Shown here: positions 37,352 to 46,249 of the stretch, in pieces
Numbering within the stretch: the stretch's first letter is position 1
How the letters are laid out: the number at the start of each line of letters is the position of its first letter
Origin: Acidimicrobiales bacterium
Lineage (GTDB): Bacteria > Actinomycetota > Acidimicrobiia > Acidimicrobiales > SZUA-35
DNA: 64,000 nucleotides
Reading direction: 5' to 3'
NCBI GenBank assembly: GCA_020630065.1
Contig: JAHDCC010000002.1
Span: 204,092 to 268,091 of the forward strand
Notes under the pieces: generated by a model
What the model saw: the letters and a program-made list of their open reading frames with translations, nothing else
Database searches by the model: none
Told to the model about the DNA's origin: nothing
Program-made: the position numbers and the translations under genes

Positions 37352-37373
37352 TGTCACATCGGTTATCTAAGGT
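37352..37373 (+). promoter_or_regulatory. RecA-NDp-like promoter motif TGTCAcat-N8-TAAGGT
   Basis: Matches the TGTCR and TAnnnT parts, with the 8-nt spacing, of the mycobacterial LexA-independent DNA-damage promoter motif as I recall it (tTGTCRgtg-N8-TAnnnT). It lies about 52 bp upstream of the recA GTG. Confidence 0.45.
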
Positions 37374-37425
37374 AAAGACGCAATTCAAATCCCCCCGTCT
37401 TAGTTTGTAGATCAGGAGAGTCCCA

Positions 37426-38508
37426 GTGGATAACAATAAAGCCCTAGACATGGCCCTAGGTAACATCGAGAAGCAGTTCGGTAAAGGGTCGGTCATGAAA
37501 ATGGGCGACAAAACCGATATGTCGATCGAGACCGTACCGACGGGTGCGCTTTCGTTAGATTTGGCATTAGGTGTTGGCGGATTGCCACGTGGGCGTGTAG
37601 TTGAAATCTACGGACCTGAATCATCAGGTAAATCTACGCTAGCTATGCACGTCGTAGCCGAAGCCCAGCGTAACGGTGGCACATGTGCCTACATTGACGC
37701 CGAGCATGCTATGGACCCCGTATATGCTTCGGTTATCGGTGTAGATATCGACGAATTGTTGATTTCTCAGCCCGACACGGGCGAACAAGCGCTTGAAATC
37801 GCTGACATCTTGGTGGGTTCTGGAACGATCGACGTTCTCGTAATCGATTCGGTCGCTGCCCTGACACCCCGGGCAGAAATCGAAGGTGACATGGGTGATC
37901 ACCACGTTGGTGCCCAAGCTCGGTTGATGTCTCAAGCTCTGCGTAAAATCACCGGCAACCTGAACAAGACCGACACCATTTGTATCTTTATCAACCAGCT
38001 TCGTGAGAAGATCGGTGTGATGTTCGGTTCGCCGGAGACAACCCCTGGCGGTCGTGCACTCAAGTTCTATAGTTCTGTACGTCTAGATATTCGTCGTATC
38101 GAATCGTTAAAAGACGGCGCCGAGGTTGTTGGTAACCGTACACGGGTCAAGGTCGTGAAGAACAAGGTTGCTCCGCCGTTCCGTCAAGCCGAGTTCGACA
38201 TTATGTACGGCAAAGGTATCAGCCGTGAAGGCTCACTTCTAGATATAGCTGTCGAACGCAATATCGTGAAGAAATCTGGAGCCTGGTACACCTACGATTC
38301 CGAGCAAATTGGTCAAGGTCGAGAAAACGTTAAGAAGTACCTCATTCAAAATCCAGACCTTGTCATTGAAATTGAAAATAAGGTACTCAAAGAAGTTGGT
38401 TTGATTCCTGGTGATGATGACGACGTCGATCTAACTAGTGAAGAACCAACTCCGGCTAAGGGTAAATCGGCTGGAGCGAAGGCGCCTGCTAAGACGAAGT
38501 CAAAATAG
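37426..38508 (+). CDS. recA: Recombinase RecA with a Lys/Ala/Pro-rich basic C-terminal tail
   Basis: Walker [10 protein letters not shown] and canonical blocks ([39 protein letters not shown]). GTG start preceded by aggagag. Confidence 0.98.
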   Translation: MDNNKALDMALGNIEKQFGKGSVMKMGDKTDMSIETVPTGALSLDLALGVGGLPRGRVVEIYGPESSGKSTLAMHVVAEAQRNGGTCAYIDAEHAMDPVYASVIGVDIDELLISQPDTGEQALEIADILVGSGTIDVLVIDSVAALTPRAEIEGDMGDHHVGAQARLMSQALRKITGNLNKTDTICIFINQLREKIGVMFGSPETTPGGRALKFYSSVRLDIRRIESLKDGAEVVGNRTRVKVVKNKVAPPFRQAEFDIMYGKGISREGSLLDIAVERNIVKKSGAWYTYDSEQIGQGRENVKKYLIQNPDLVIEIENKVLKEVGLIPGDDDDVDLTSEEPTPAKGKSAGAKAPAKTKSK

Positions 38509-38536
38509 AGCTTCGTCTTACATAGTGTGCGACGGG

Positions 38537-38598
38537 AAAAGAGGGCGCACGTACAGCTTGCGGAGACCTGCTGTGCGTCCGTCCTCTTTTAATTTTTT
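38537..38598 (+). terminator. Probable intrinsic terminator after recA
   Basis: aaaagagg+gcgcac pairs with gtgcgt(+ccgt bulge)+cctctttt, followed by ttttaatttttt. It begins 29 nt after the recA stop. Confidence 0.6.
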
Positions 38599-38718
38599 GG
38601 GTGATTGTGTGGTCGTATTGTGCGAATAATCCGACGATAGAGGGCATAACGGTCCGGGAGTTGCGGATTTAACCTGAGGTGGTGCGTCTTTGTTGTTCCC
38701 CGCTGCCAGAATGGAGAA

Positions 38719-39375
38719 ATGATCTCAGCTGTAATATTCGACATGGATGGCTTGTTGACTGACTCTGAAACAAGGTGGCGTCAGGCTGAGCTTGAAGTCG
38801 CAGCCGATATTGGTTTGACGATGACCGTAGATGATCTCAAAGAGACTACCGGCGTGCGTATGGTTGAGGTGGCCCAAATTTGGTATCAAAAATGGCCATG
38901 GGAAGGTCCGAGTCCGTCGGAAGTAGCGGAAAGAGTTGTCGATCGAGTAATTGAACTAGGGGAGACAGCGGTCTGTTTGCCTGGGGTTGAGCAAACCCTA
39001 GATTTAGTTGAACAGTCTGGTCTTCGCGTCGCTCTATGTTCTTCTTCGGACAAGCGACTAATTGACGCCACACTAGACCAACTCGGTTTGACACAGCGTT
39101 TTGAGATCGTGCATTCAGCTGAGCAAGACGAGTTCGGGAAACCCCACCCAATGCCGTACCTGAAAACAGCAGAAGCGCTAGGAGTAGATCCAGCGACCTG
39201 CCTTGCATTTGAAGACTCTCTAAATGGTTGCATCTCGGCTCGAGCGGCTTCGATGCGGGTTGTAGCGGTGCCAGACCGAGAGATGGCCGATCCGGCAGAA
39301 TTTGGGTTTTGCGCAGCGGTGCTCAACTCTCTGGAAGAGATGACTCCGGACATGCTAAAAGATTTTTCATCATAA
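38719..39375 (+). CDS. HAD-superfamily hydrolase, subfamily IA (beta-phosphoglucomutase/sugar-phosphatase-like)
   Basis: Motif I FDMDGLLTDSE, motif II CSSS, and late FEDSLNG. Confidence 0.85.
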   Translation: MISAVIFDMDGLLTDSETRWRQAELEVAADIGLTMTVDDLKETTGVRMVEVAQIWYQKWPWEGPSPSEVAERVVDRVIELGETAVCLPGVEQTLDLVEQSGLRVALCSSSDKRLIDATLDQLGLTQRFEIVHSAEQDEFGKPHPMPYLKTAEALGVDPATCLAFEDSLNGCISARAASMRVVAVPDREMADPAEFGFCAAVLNSLEEMTPDMLKDFSS

Positions 39376-39443
39376 TGTAGATCGTTTGGTTGCCCGGTTG
39401 GCGCCTCTAAAAAGAGGCCTTAGTAACTGAAAGCTCCCAAGTT

Positions 39444-40598
39444 ATGAACTTCACCTTCGCTACAGCTGGTCGTATCCGATTCGGGGCAGGTGTAGCCGAC
39501 GAAGTTGCTCCTACTGCTTCTAGTATTGGGCAGCGGTGGTTGGTTATTGCGGGCTCATCCGGGCATGGGAAAGAACGCATAGTCGAACAACTGGAATGCT
39601 CCGGTTGTGCTGTCGAACTCATTCAACATTCAGGAGAACCGTCGACCGGCGATATCACCACGTACTCGTCCCTGGTAGCGGACTTCGAACCGGATGGTGT
39701 CTTAGCAGTGGGGGGAGGCAGCGTCATCGATACCGCCAAGGCATTGGCGGCACTTTCGGTGAACCCTGGAACACCGCTCGACTATCTTGAGGTAGTTGGC
39801 CGAGGCCAGCAGTTGGCACACGACCCACTCCCGCTGTTAGCGGTCCCGACCACCGCAGGAACCGGGGCTGAGGTGACAAAGAATGCGGTTCTGAGCGTCG
39901 ACGGTCTCTCTCAGAAAGTTAGTTTGCGCGACGAACGGCTTCTCCCCAAACACGCTTTTATCGATCCCGAGCTAGCCATGAGTATGCCTCCGGCGGTTAC
40001 TGCCGCGACCGGGCTAGACGCCTTAACCCAAGTAATCGAACCGTATCTGTCCAAACTCGGCAACCCGATGACCGACGCACTGTCCTCAGAAGGTATACGA
40101 AATGGCGCATGGGCGCTGCTCCGAGCCTATAGAGACGGCTCAGATCTTGAAGCAAGAACAGCAATGTCGTTAACCAGTCTCTTGGGCGGTCTAGCTCTGG
40201 CCAATTCGAAGCTTGGAGCGGTCCACGGATTCGCCGGACCTATCGGGGGACGGTTCCCGGCCCCACACGGAGCAATATGTGGACGTCTTCTGCCAGTAGC
40301 TTTCGAGGTGACTGCTCGTGCGTTGGCTCAACGTTCAACCGATGACCGTCTACGGGCTGGTCCAAGGCAAGTCGCAGCTTTGTTGACTGGAAAGCCGAAT
40401 GCCACGGTTGAACACGGCACAGGGTTTCTACAACAACTGGTCGAGGATCTGTCGGTTCCATCTTTGTCTACCTGGGGAGTGGACCGGTCAGATGTTCCTT
40501 CAGTGGTCGACGCCGCGATGGTTTCTAGTTCAATGGCCGGAAACCCAATAGAGCTGACGAGAGACGAAACAGTCGAAATCATGGAACGTTGCCTCTGA
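39444..40598 (+). CDS. Iron-containing (group III) alcohol dehydrogenase
   Basis: 384 aa with GGGSVIDTAK, a PTTAGTGAEVT block and conserved His residues in the C-terminal helical domain. Confidence 0.85.
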   Translation: MNFTFATAGRIRFGAGVADEVAPTASSIGQRWLVIAGSSGHGKERIVEQLECSGCAVELIQHSGEPSTGDITTYSSLVADFEPDGVLAVGGGSVIDTAKALAALSVNPGTPLDYLEVVGRGQQLAHDPLPLLAVPTTAGTGAEVTKNAVLSVDGLSQKVSLRDERLLPKHAFIDPELAMSMPPAVTAATGLDALTQVIEPYLSKLGNPMTDALSSEGIRNGAWALLRAYRDGSDLEARTAMSLTSLLGGLALANSKLGAVHGFAGPIGGRFPAPHGAICGRLLPVAFEVTARALAQRSTDDRLRAGPRQVAALLTGKPNATVEHGTGFLQQLVEDLSVPSLSTWGVDRSDVPSVVDAAMVSSSMAGNPIELTRDETVEIMERCL

Positions 40599-40605
40599 CC
40601 AAAAG

Positions 40606-40643
40606 CAAAGAAGCGCCGGCGATAATTCGCCGACACTTCTTTG
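40606..40643. terminator. Bidirectional terminator hairpin between convergent adh and flp
   Basis: Outer 8-bp stem caaagaag/cttctttg and inner stem ggcga-taat-tcgcc. T-rich sequence follows on both strands (ggtgtttggttt on +, cttttgg on -). Confidence 0.6.
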
Positions 40644-40679
40644 GGTGTTTGGTTTGGTTGGAGTTATGTGATGGCGGTG

Positions 40680-40862
40680 TTAGGCGATTGCTGAGCCTAC
40701 TTCGCTGAACTTGTCTTCAGCTGATTCGCCGAGGAACTGGATAGCGACGATACATACGACTGCGATAAGTGCTACGAGCAGAGCGTACTCTACAAGGCTG
40801 GCGCCTCGCTCTGAGTCGGTTTTAGCGGTAAGCCAAGCTTTGATGAATTCGTACTGAACCAT
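40680..40862 (-). CDS. flp: Flp-family type IVb pilin
   Basis: 60 aa with the Flp motif ERG|ASLVEYALLVALIAVV (prepilin cleavage after Gly, EY dipeptide, hydrophobic helix). Confidence 0.8.
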   Translation of the reverse strand: MVQYEFIKAWLTAKTDSERGASLVEYALLVALIAVVCIVAIQFLGESAEDKFSEVGSAIA

Positions 40863-41033
40863 GAGGTGATCTCCGTGTGTTTGTTATTCCATCCCGTGTG
40901 GGCTGTCCCTCAATGCTTCGACAAGGTTTCTGAATTGCTATATGGGCTATGTGGGTCAACCTGGGCGGGATACCGTACCTAGACGCCCGCTTAGCCCTCT
41001 GTTTAAGCCGGATTTGGGTGACTGGCGGCGTGT

Positions 41034-41960
41034 TTATTGACGGTGAGGGAACGGAATAGTCATTAGATCCTCGGCTACGACCACGTCTTGATGATGAACA
41101 CGTGCCTGATCGCCGAGCAGAGATGTATCTGGATATCGAGCTGAGAAGTGAGTTAATACCAGACGGCGAGCGTTTGTTTCTTGAGCTAGTTGGCCCGCCT
41201 GGCCTGCTGTTAGGTGCTGGTATTTGCTGGCAAGGTCGGCTTGTTCGTTAGCGAAAGTTGACTCGCATACTAAAAGGTCTACACCATCGGCCAGCTCGGC
41301 TGCCCCGTCACACAACTCGGTGTCCATGACAAAAGCCATCGACTGTCCGGCCTGTGTAATCGAGACCTGCTCAATAGTTGTGGTCTGACCATCGACCGTG
41401 ACGAATCCGTTTGCTAGGAGTTCTCCGACTATCGGGCCGGAAAGGCCGCGGTCTGACAGGGCCTGTTTGTTTAGTTTCTGGCGGTCTGGTTCGTCCAGCC
41501 TGTATCCGAAGGTAGTGATGCGGTGTTTGAGCTCTGCGGTAGAGAGTTGAAGATCTCCGATTTTGTCTACCGGTCCGTTGCCGTTGACGGGGGTGGGTTT
41601 GCTGTAAGACTGGTCGTAGAACGATGAGCAAGTCAACAGACGGTCTAAGAACTTAGCGCCGTCTATCGGGAAGAAGATGGGGAGTCCAGGTGGCGTAATG
41701 TTGTTGTGGGTATTGTCGAGGGAACGCCGTTGGATAACGCCTGGTAGTCCCAGGCAGTGATCGCCATGAAAATGGGAAATACAAATGGCGGTCAGGCGGT
41801 TTAGATTAACCCCGGCAAGAATCGCTTGCCGTTGTGTGTTCTCTCCTGGGTCAAACAGTATGGTCTGACTATCGAAACGTAGAACGGTGCTGACATGGGC
41901 CCGTGTGCGGGTAGGGGCCTGGCTGCCGGTGCCTAAAATGACCAGTTCCCTCGAAGACAT
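41034..41960 (-). CDS. rnz: Ribonuclease Z (MBL-fold tRNA 3' endonuclease)
   Basis: ELVILGTGSQAPT start, HFHGDHCLGLPG metal motif and late THFSARY. ATG at 41960 preferred over the ORF-track start. Confidence 0.8.
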   Translation of the reverse strand: MSSRELVILGTGSQAPTRTRAHVSTVLRFDSQTILFDPGENTQRQAILAGVNLNRLTAICISHFHGDHCLGLPGVIQRRSLDNTHNNITPPGLPIFFPIDGAKFLDRLLTCSSFYDQSYSKPTPVNGNGPVDKIGDLQLSTAELKHRITTFGYRLDEPDRQKLNKQALSDRGLSGPIVGELLANGFVTVDGQTTTIEQVSITQAGQSMAFVMDTELCDGAAELADGVDLLVCESTFANEQADLASKYQHLTAGQAGQLAQETNARRLVLTHFSARYPDTSLLGDQARVHHQDVVVAEDLMTIPFPHRQ

Positions 41961-42041
41961 AATGCTGTTACCCTGACAGAATACTGGCAAGCCTTGGACG
42001 GGCCTGCCGTGTACAATTTTGCGTAATAACCAAGAAAGCTA

Positions 42042-43388
42042 ATGATCTTGACTGATTTCCGAAATGCTGATGCCCTAATCCTCTTTGGAATCACTGGCGA
42101 TCTCGCTCGTCGGAAACTATTTAACTCCCTCTACATGTTAGAAGCAGAACGAAAGCTTAATTGTCTTATCGTTGGAGTCGCAACCCGAGCCTGGACCCGA
42201 GAGATCCTTCATCAGAAAGTTAGAGAAGCGATCGAGGCGTCCGACATTGAGATTGACGAAGAAGTGTGGGCCCGTTTTGTTGAACGGTTCGACTATGTGT
42301 CAGGAGACTATCGAAAATCCGAAACGTTTGACGAAGTGTCGGCAAAGGTAGGCGATGCTCAATGCCCAGTCTGCTATCTGGCGATTCCTCCTTCGCTGTT
42401 TACAACCGTAATCGAGGGCCTAAGTGCGGTAGGCCTAAACCGTGGCCGAGTTGTTCTCGAAAAGCCATTCGGTCGGGATTTAGCGACCTCAAAAGAGCTA
42501 GACGCTGCGGTGTTGGAACACTACCCAGAAGAACGAATCTACCGGATTGACCACTTTCTGGGTAAAGAGCCAGTGCTCAACCTCTTGGTCTTCCGGTTTG
42601 CTAACGTCATTCTGGAACCCCTCTGGAATCGCCAACACATAACAAGTGTCACCATCACGATGGCCGAAGATTTCGGAATAGAAGGTCGGGGCAAATTCTA
42701 TGACAGCGTCGGTGCGTTACGTGACGTCGTCCAAAACCATTTACTCCAGATCGTGGCGCTACTCGCTATGGAACCGCCGGTAAGTAACGACGCGGATTCG
42801 ATGGCCGACGAAGTTATGAAGGTGCTTAGCTCGATCCGCCCATTTGACCCGGCCAAGGTTTGGCGAGGCCAATATGAAGGTTTTCTCGACGAAGATGGAG
42901 TAGCAGAAGATTCCGACACCGAAACCTACGTCAGTCTTGAAGCAGAAATCGATTCATGGCGATGGGCCGGGGTCCCTTGGTATATCAATACCGGCAAAGC
43001 ACTCGACAAAACTATCACTGAAGCGGTCGTAGAATTCGCCTGCCCCCCTCGCACACTATTTAGCGGTGAAGGCCAGCCCAGTCCGAACCGGCTCCGGTTT
43101 GTGATGAAACCTGACGACACAATAGAGCTAGAAATGCAAGCCAAAGTTCCCGGCGACGAAATGAAGAGTCAGCAAGTGAATCTTCAGGTTGATCACAAAG
43201 GCACCGAATTTGGGCCAAGCCCATATCATCGCCTGCTAGGTGACGCTCTGGAGGGCGATAAACAATTATTTGCTCGGGGCGACCAAGTGGAGCAGGCCTG
43301 GCGGATCGTCCAACCAGTACTCGACAACCCGCTACCGGTAACGAAATACAAATACGGTCAAAAGAACCCACGAATTGCTGATAGTTAG
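42042..43388 (+). CDS. zwf: Glucose-6-phosphate dehydrogenase (short form, 448 aa)
   Basis: Dinucleotide loop [13 protein letters not shown], active-site nonapeptide RIDHFLGKE and the DVVQNHLLQ block. Confidence 0.9.
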   Translation: MILTDFRNADALILFGITGDLARRKLFNSLYMLEAERKLNCLIVGVATRAWTREILHQKVREAIEASDIEIDEEVWARFVERFDYVSGDYRKSETFDEVSAKVGDAQCPVCYLAIPPSLFTTVIEGLSAVGLNRGRVVLEKPFGRDLATSKELDAAVLEHYPEERIYRIDHFLGKEPVLNLLVFRFANVILEPLWNRQHITSVTITMAEDFGIEGRGKFYDSVGALRDVVQNHLLQIVALLAMEPPVSNDADSMADEVMKVLSSIRPFDPAKVWRGQYEGFLDEDGVAEDSDTETYVSLEAEIDSWRWAGVPWYINTGKALDKTITEAVVEFACPPRTLFSGEGQPSPNRLRFVMKPDDTIELEMQAKVPGDEMKSQQVNLQVDHKGTEFGPSPYHRLLGDALEGDKQLFARGDQVEQAWRIVQPVLDNPLPVTKYKYGQKNPRIADS

Positions 43389-43537
43389 ACCACTTCTTCA
43401 GCCGAAGCATCACCTAGCCGATCGTCTATGTACGGCAATTCCTATAAGCTGAGCAGTCCGCCGTTTAATACTCGAGTCCTATTCCTCCTGTTCCCGTAGC
43501 AATTCGCTTTGGGGCAGCCTGTACCGAAGAAGTAGTC

Positions 43538-44338
43538 GTGGTAGCTGAAGATCTGCATATTCTTGACATTGCCGAGAACGACAGGTGGGTAGCCAGATCC
43601 GCTGACGTCATGCAAGCAGCCATCGAACAGGCCATCCGCCTGCGAGGCCAGTGCTTGCTTGGATTAAGTGGCGGTTCGACCCCGGCCCCAGTTTTTGTTG
43701 AGCTGGCCAGTCGTCCGGTGGAGTGGGACAAAGTCCGTCTTCTCCAGGTCGACGAGCGTATCGTCCCTATCGGGAGCGCCGACCGTAACTTAACAGACCA
43801 GCAGGCGGCGTTCGCTTCCACCGACGCAACCTGGTTTCCGCTCCCGGTCGACGAAGTGCTTGAAGCGATGAACGGATCAGCCGAACAAGAACTCGCACAA
43901 CGGTCACTGTCATTGGCTGACATCGGTGACGTCGATCTTGGGGCAGACAGCGGTTTTGGGTCCAAGCTGGTTCGAGATGTTTTGGCCGAGTTCGACAAAA
44001 AGTTGGTCGAACTCGCAGGTGCACCTCCAGTTCTTGATGTTGTGCATCTTGGGTTGGGTTCCGATGGGCACACCGCATCGTTGCTTCCCGAGGACAACGC
44101 AATCAACGAATTGCTTTTGTACTCGGCTATGACGGGCGAATATCAGGGAACCAATCGTGTCACCCTGACCAGACCGATCATGGACAGAGCGAGAATGGCG
44201 ATTTGGTTGGTACGCGGAACCAACAAGTGTGAAGCATTGGGCCGCCTTTTGGCCGGTGACATGACCATTCCTGCTGGTCTTCTACGCCCCGCTCATTCCG
44301 TAATTATCGCCGACAGCGACGCCGCCTGCCAGTCTTGA
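43538..44338 (+). CDS. pgl: 6-phosphogluconolactonase
   Basis: GLSGGSTP and HLGLGSDGHTASL motifs. GTG start. Confidence 0.85.
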   Translation: MVAEDLHILDIAENDRWVARSADVMQAAIEQAIRLRGQCLLGLSGGSTPAPVFVELASRPVEWDKVRLLQVDERIVPIGSADRNLTDQQAAFASTDATWFPLPVDEVLEAMNGSAEQELAQRSLSLADIGDVDLGADSGFGSKLVRDVLAEFDKKLVELAGAPPVLDVVHLGLGSDGHTASLLPEDNAINELLLYSAMTGEYQGTNRVTLTRPIMDRARMAIWLVRGTNKCEALGRLLAGDMTIPAGLLRPAHSVIIADSDAACQS

Positions 44339-44375
44339 ATCTGGCCTGTTAGCAGCCATGTTGTAAGCTTACGTT

Positions 44376-44666
44376 ATGCGTGTAATTATCGACCTCTGTG
44401 TAGTCCCAATGGGTGTTGGAGTGTCGGTGTCGAACTATGTTTCGGCTTGCCAAGATGTATTAGCAGAGGCTGGGCTTGAACATAGTTTGCATGCGTATGG
44501 AACAAATATTGAAGGCGAGTGGGACGATGTTTTTGCGGCGGTAAAACGATGTCATGAGGTGGTGCACGACATGGGCGCCCCTCGGATTACTACCACCGTA
44601 AAAATTGGTTCTCGCACCGACCGTGTCCAGTCGATGCAAGAAAAAATTGACAGTGTAAGTTCGTAA
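44376..44666 (+). CDS. MTH1187/YkoF-family (DUF77) small ligand-binding protein
   Basis: 96 aa with the ferredoxin-like pattern VIIDLCVVPMG...YVSACQDVL...HAYGTNIEGEWDDV typical of the family. Confidence 0.7.
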   Translation: MRVIIDLCVVPMGVGVSVSNYVSACQDVLAEAGLEHSLHAYGTNIEGEWDDVFAAVKRCHEVVHDMGAPRITTTVKIGSRTDRVQSMQEKIDSVSS

Positions 44667-44676
44667 ACCTTCGGGT

Positions 44677-46146
44677 TTAAGGTTGGTCGATAATAACGAT
44701 CTCACCCTCTCTAACGTTGAGATCGAGGATCAGGTCAGGATCTGATGGTCCGAAGTCTCTGGAAATATTGTCACCTTCGTAGAACTCATCTTGATAGTCG
44801 ACAAAGCCTTCGTCGACGTTGGTTTCGAACCTGATGTCGAGGTCTGCTGGAGCGATTACCTCTAACCTTCCCGTTCCGACCCCAAACTCGGATTCGAACG
44901 GCACGGCGTCTCGATCGGCTGCGGTCACTTCGACGTCAGATAGATCGAGCACCAATGTCCCTTCGCTATCGAAGGCGCCTTCCGGAATGTCTTCAAGCGA
45001 TGTTGGCCGAATAACTCGTTCTACGGTGTCACCACCGAAGTCAACCTGGAAGTTGTCACTATCGGCTTCAAAATAGACGTCGGGTTCGGATGCCACTATT
45101 GCCCCGATAATCGCGATTCCAGCTATAAGTAGAAGTGACATAAACGCCATCAGGCCACCGAAAATTTTCAGTCCAGTTCGGCTTTTGCGTTGTTTCACGG
45201 GGGTTTGTGCACGGTATGCGGTTTGGGTGCTTCCATATGCGCCAGCGGGTGCCGTATACGCCTGTTGGGCAGGTGGTGTAGAGGCAGCGCTGCCAGGCGA
45301 TGATGTTGGTTGGCCGGGCGTAGGTTCAGTTGCCGGTGGCTGCATGAGCAGCCAGATTCCTGCCCCCAAGAGAGTTAAGGGTATAAGAACCGCTCCAGAG
45401 GAGCCAAGCGCTGAGAGTCCGAAAATTACGGCTGCTCCTATAAGCATTGCGCCTAAAGCCCTGCGGGTTTGGTCAGGGTGAGTCGCTGTAACCGTAAGCG
45501 GAATAGCCGACTTTGGGATTATTATCCACGCCGCTAAGTAAGCGAGGATGCCGATCCCGGTAAAAGCGAGAGCCACGATGCCCAGACGAACAATGCTGAT
45601 ATCGAGGCCGTATCGTTTGCCGATCCCGGAAGCGACACCTCCGAGCACGCCGTTGGTGTCGCGTAGCAAGGGAACGTAGTGGGCTGCGGGTACGGCTGTT
45701 CCCGGAAATCCGGTAGCACCAGGGGGCGGAACAGTACCGAAATTGTCTGTCTGATCACTATCGGAATGAGTTGAAGAGGGTTCACTGTCGCTCGTTGCTC
45801 CGGTGAAGACTTCGTCGTCAACGCCGTCGCTGGTTGTGTCGGTGATGTAGTCGTCGAGAGTTGGGTCGTCGCTAGGATTCTCATCTGCTTCAACGGATTC
45901 GGTGAAGTCGTCGCTAGGAGTGGCCGAGTCAAACACATCGGTGCTGGTAGTCGTGTCAGACTCTTCGTTGGTCTGTGCCGGATCGGCCGGTTGTTCTATA
46001 GGTTCTGTCACGTCATTGTTGACAGTGGAACTATCGGCCGGTTCTTCGCTGACGGAATCGCCGTAACCGGTATCGTTGGGCTCTTCGTCCTGAGGTTCTG
46101 AGGGTTCGTTGGTCATAGGTTCATCTTGGTCGAGCGCAGGTAACAC
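44677..46146 (-). CDS. PspC-domain membrane protein with an acidic disordered N-terminus and a C-terminal extracytoplasmic domain
   Basis: PspC domain GVLGGVASGIGKRYGLDISIVRLGIVALAFTGIGILAYLAAWIIIP with several TM segments. The start is uncertain (GTG 46146 or ATG 46116). Confidence 0.8.
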   Translation of the reverse strand: MLPALDQDEPMTNEPSEPQDEEPNDTGYGDSVSEEPADSSTVNNDVTEPIEQPADPAQTNEESDTTTSTDVFDSATPSDDFTESVEADENPSDDPTLDDYITDTTSDGVDDEVFTGATSDSEPSSTHSDSDQTDNFGTVPPPGATGFPGTAVPAAHYVPLLRDTNGVLGGVASGIGKRYGLDISIVRLGIVALAFTGIGILAYLAAWIIIPKSAIPLTVTATHPDQTRRALGAMLIGAAVIFGLSALGSSGAVLIPLTLLGAGIWLLMQPPATEPTPGQPTSSPGSAASTPPAQQAYTAPAGAYGSTQTAYRAQTPVKQRKSRTGLKIFGGLMAFMSLLLIAGIAIIGAIVASEPDVYFEADSDNFQVDFGGDTVERVIRPTSLEDIPEGAFDSEGTLVLDLSDVEVTAADRDAVPFESEFGVGTGRLEVIAPADLDIRFETNVDEGFVDYQDEFYEGDNISRDFGPSDPDLILDLNVREGEIVIIDQP

Positions 46147-46161
46147 AACAATTGGGGATCA

Positions 46162-46213
46162 CCCTGATCTTTCCCTGATACACACTAGTAGAACCTCGGG
46201 GTAATGCCCTGAT
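46162..46213. promoter_or_regulatory. Three copies of CCCTGAT (46162, 46173, 46207) in the divergent pspC-like / kinase intergenic region
   Basis: Read directly. The first two copies are 11 bp apart. They are candidate response-regulator binding sites. Confidence 0.3.
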
Positions 46214-46249
46214 GGAAGTTGGCCGACGATATGAGAGACTGGTATCACG

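Noticed and set aside
37375-37402. tRNA T-loop-like string (ttcaaatcc) and C-rich hairpin aagacg-N15-cgtctt just upstream of recA
   Set aside because: There is no acceptor, D or anticodon arm around it. It is most simply a 5'-UTR hairpin. No tRNA or rRNA genes were recognised anywhere in the window.
44339-44375. Looked for a TPP riboswitch upstream of the YkoF/MTH1187-like gene
   Set aside because: The intergenic region is only 37 bp, too short for a riboswitch.
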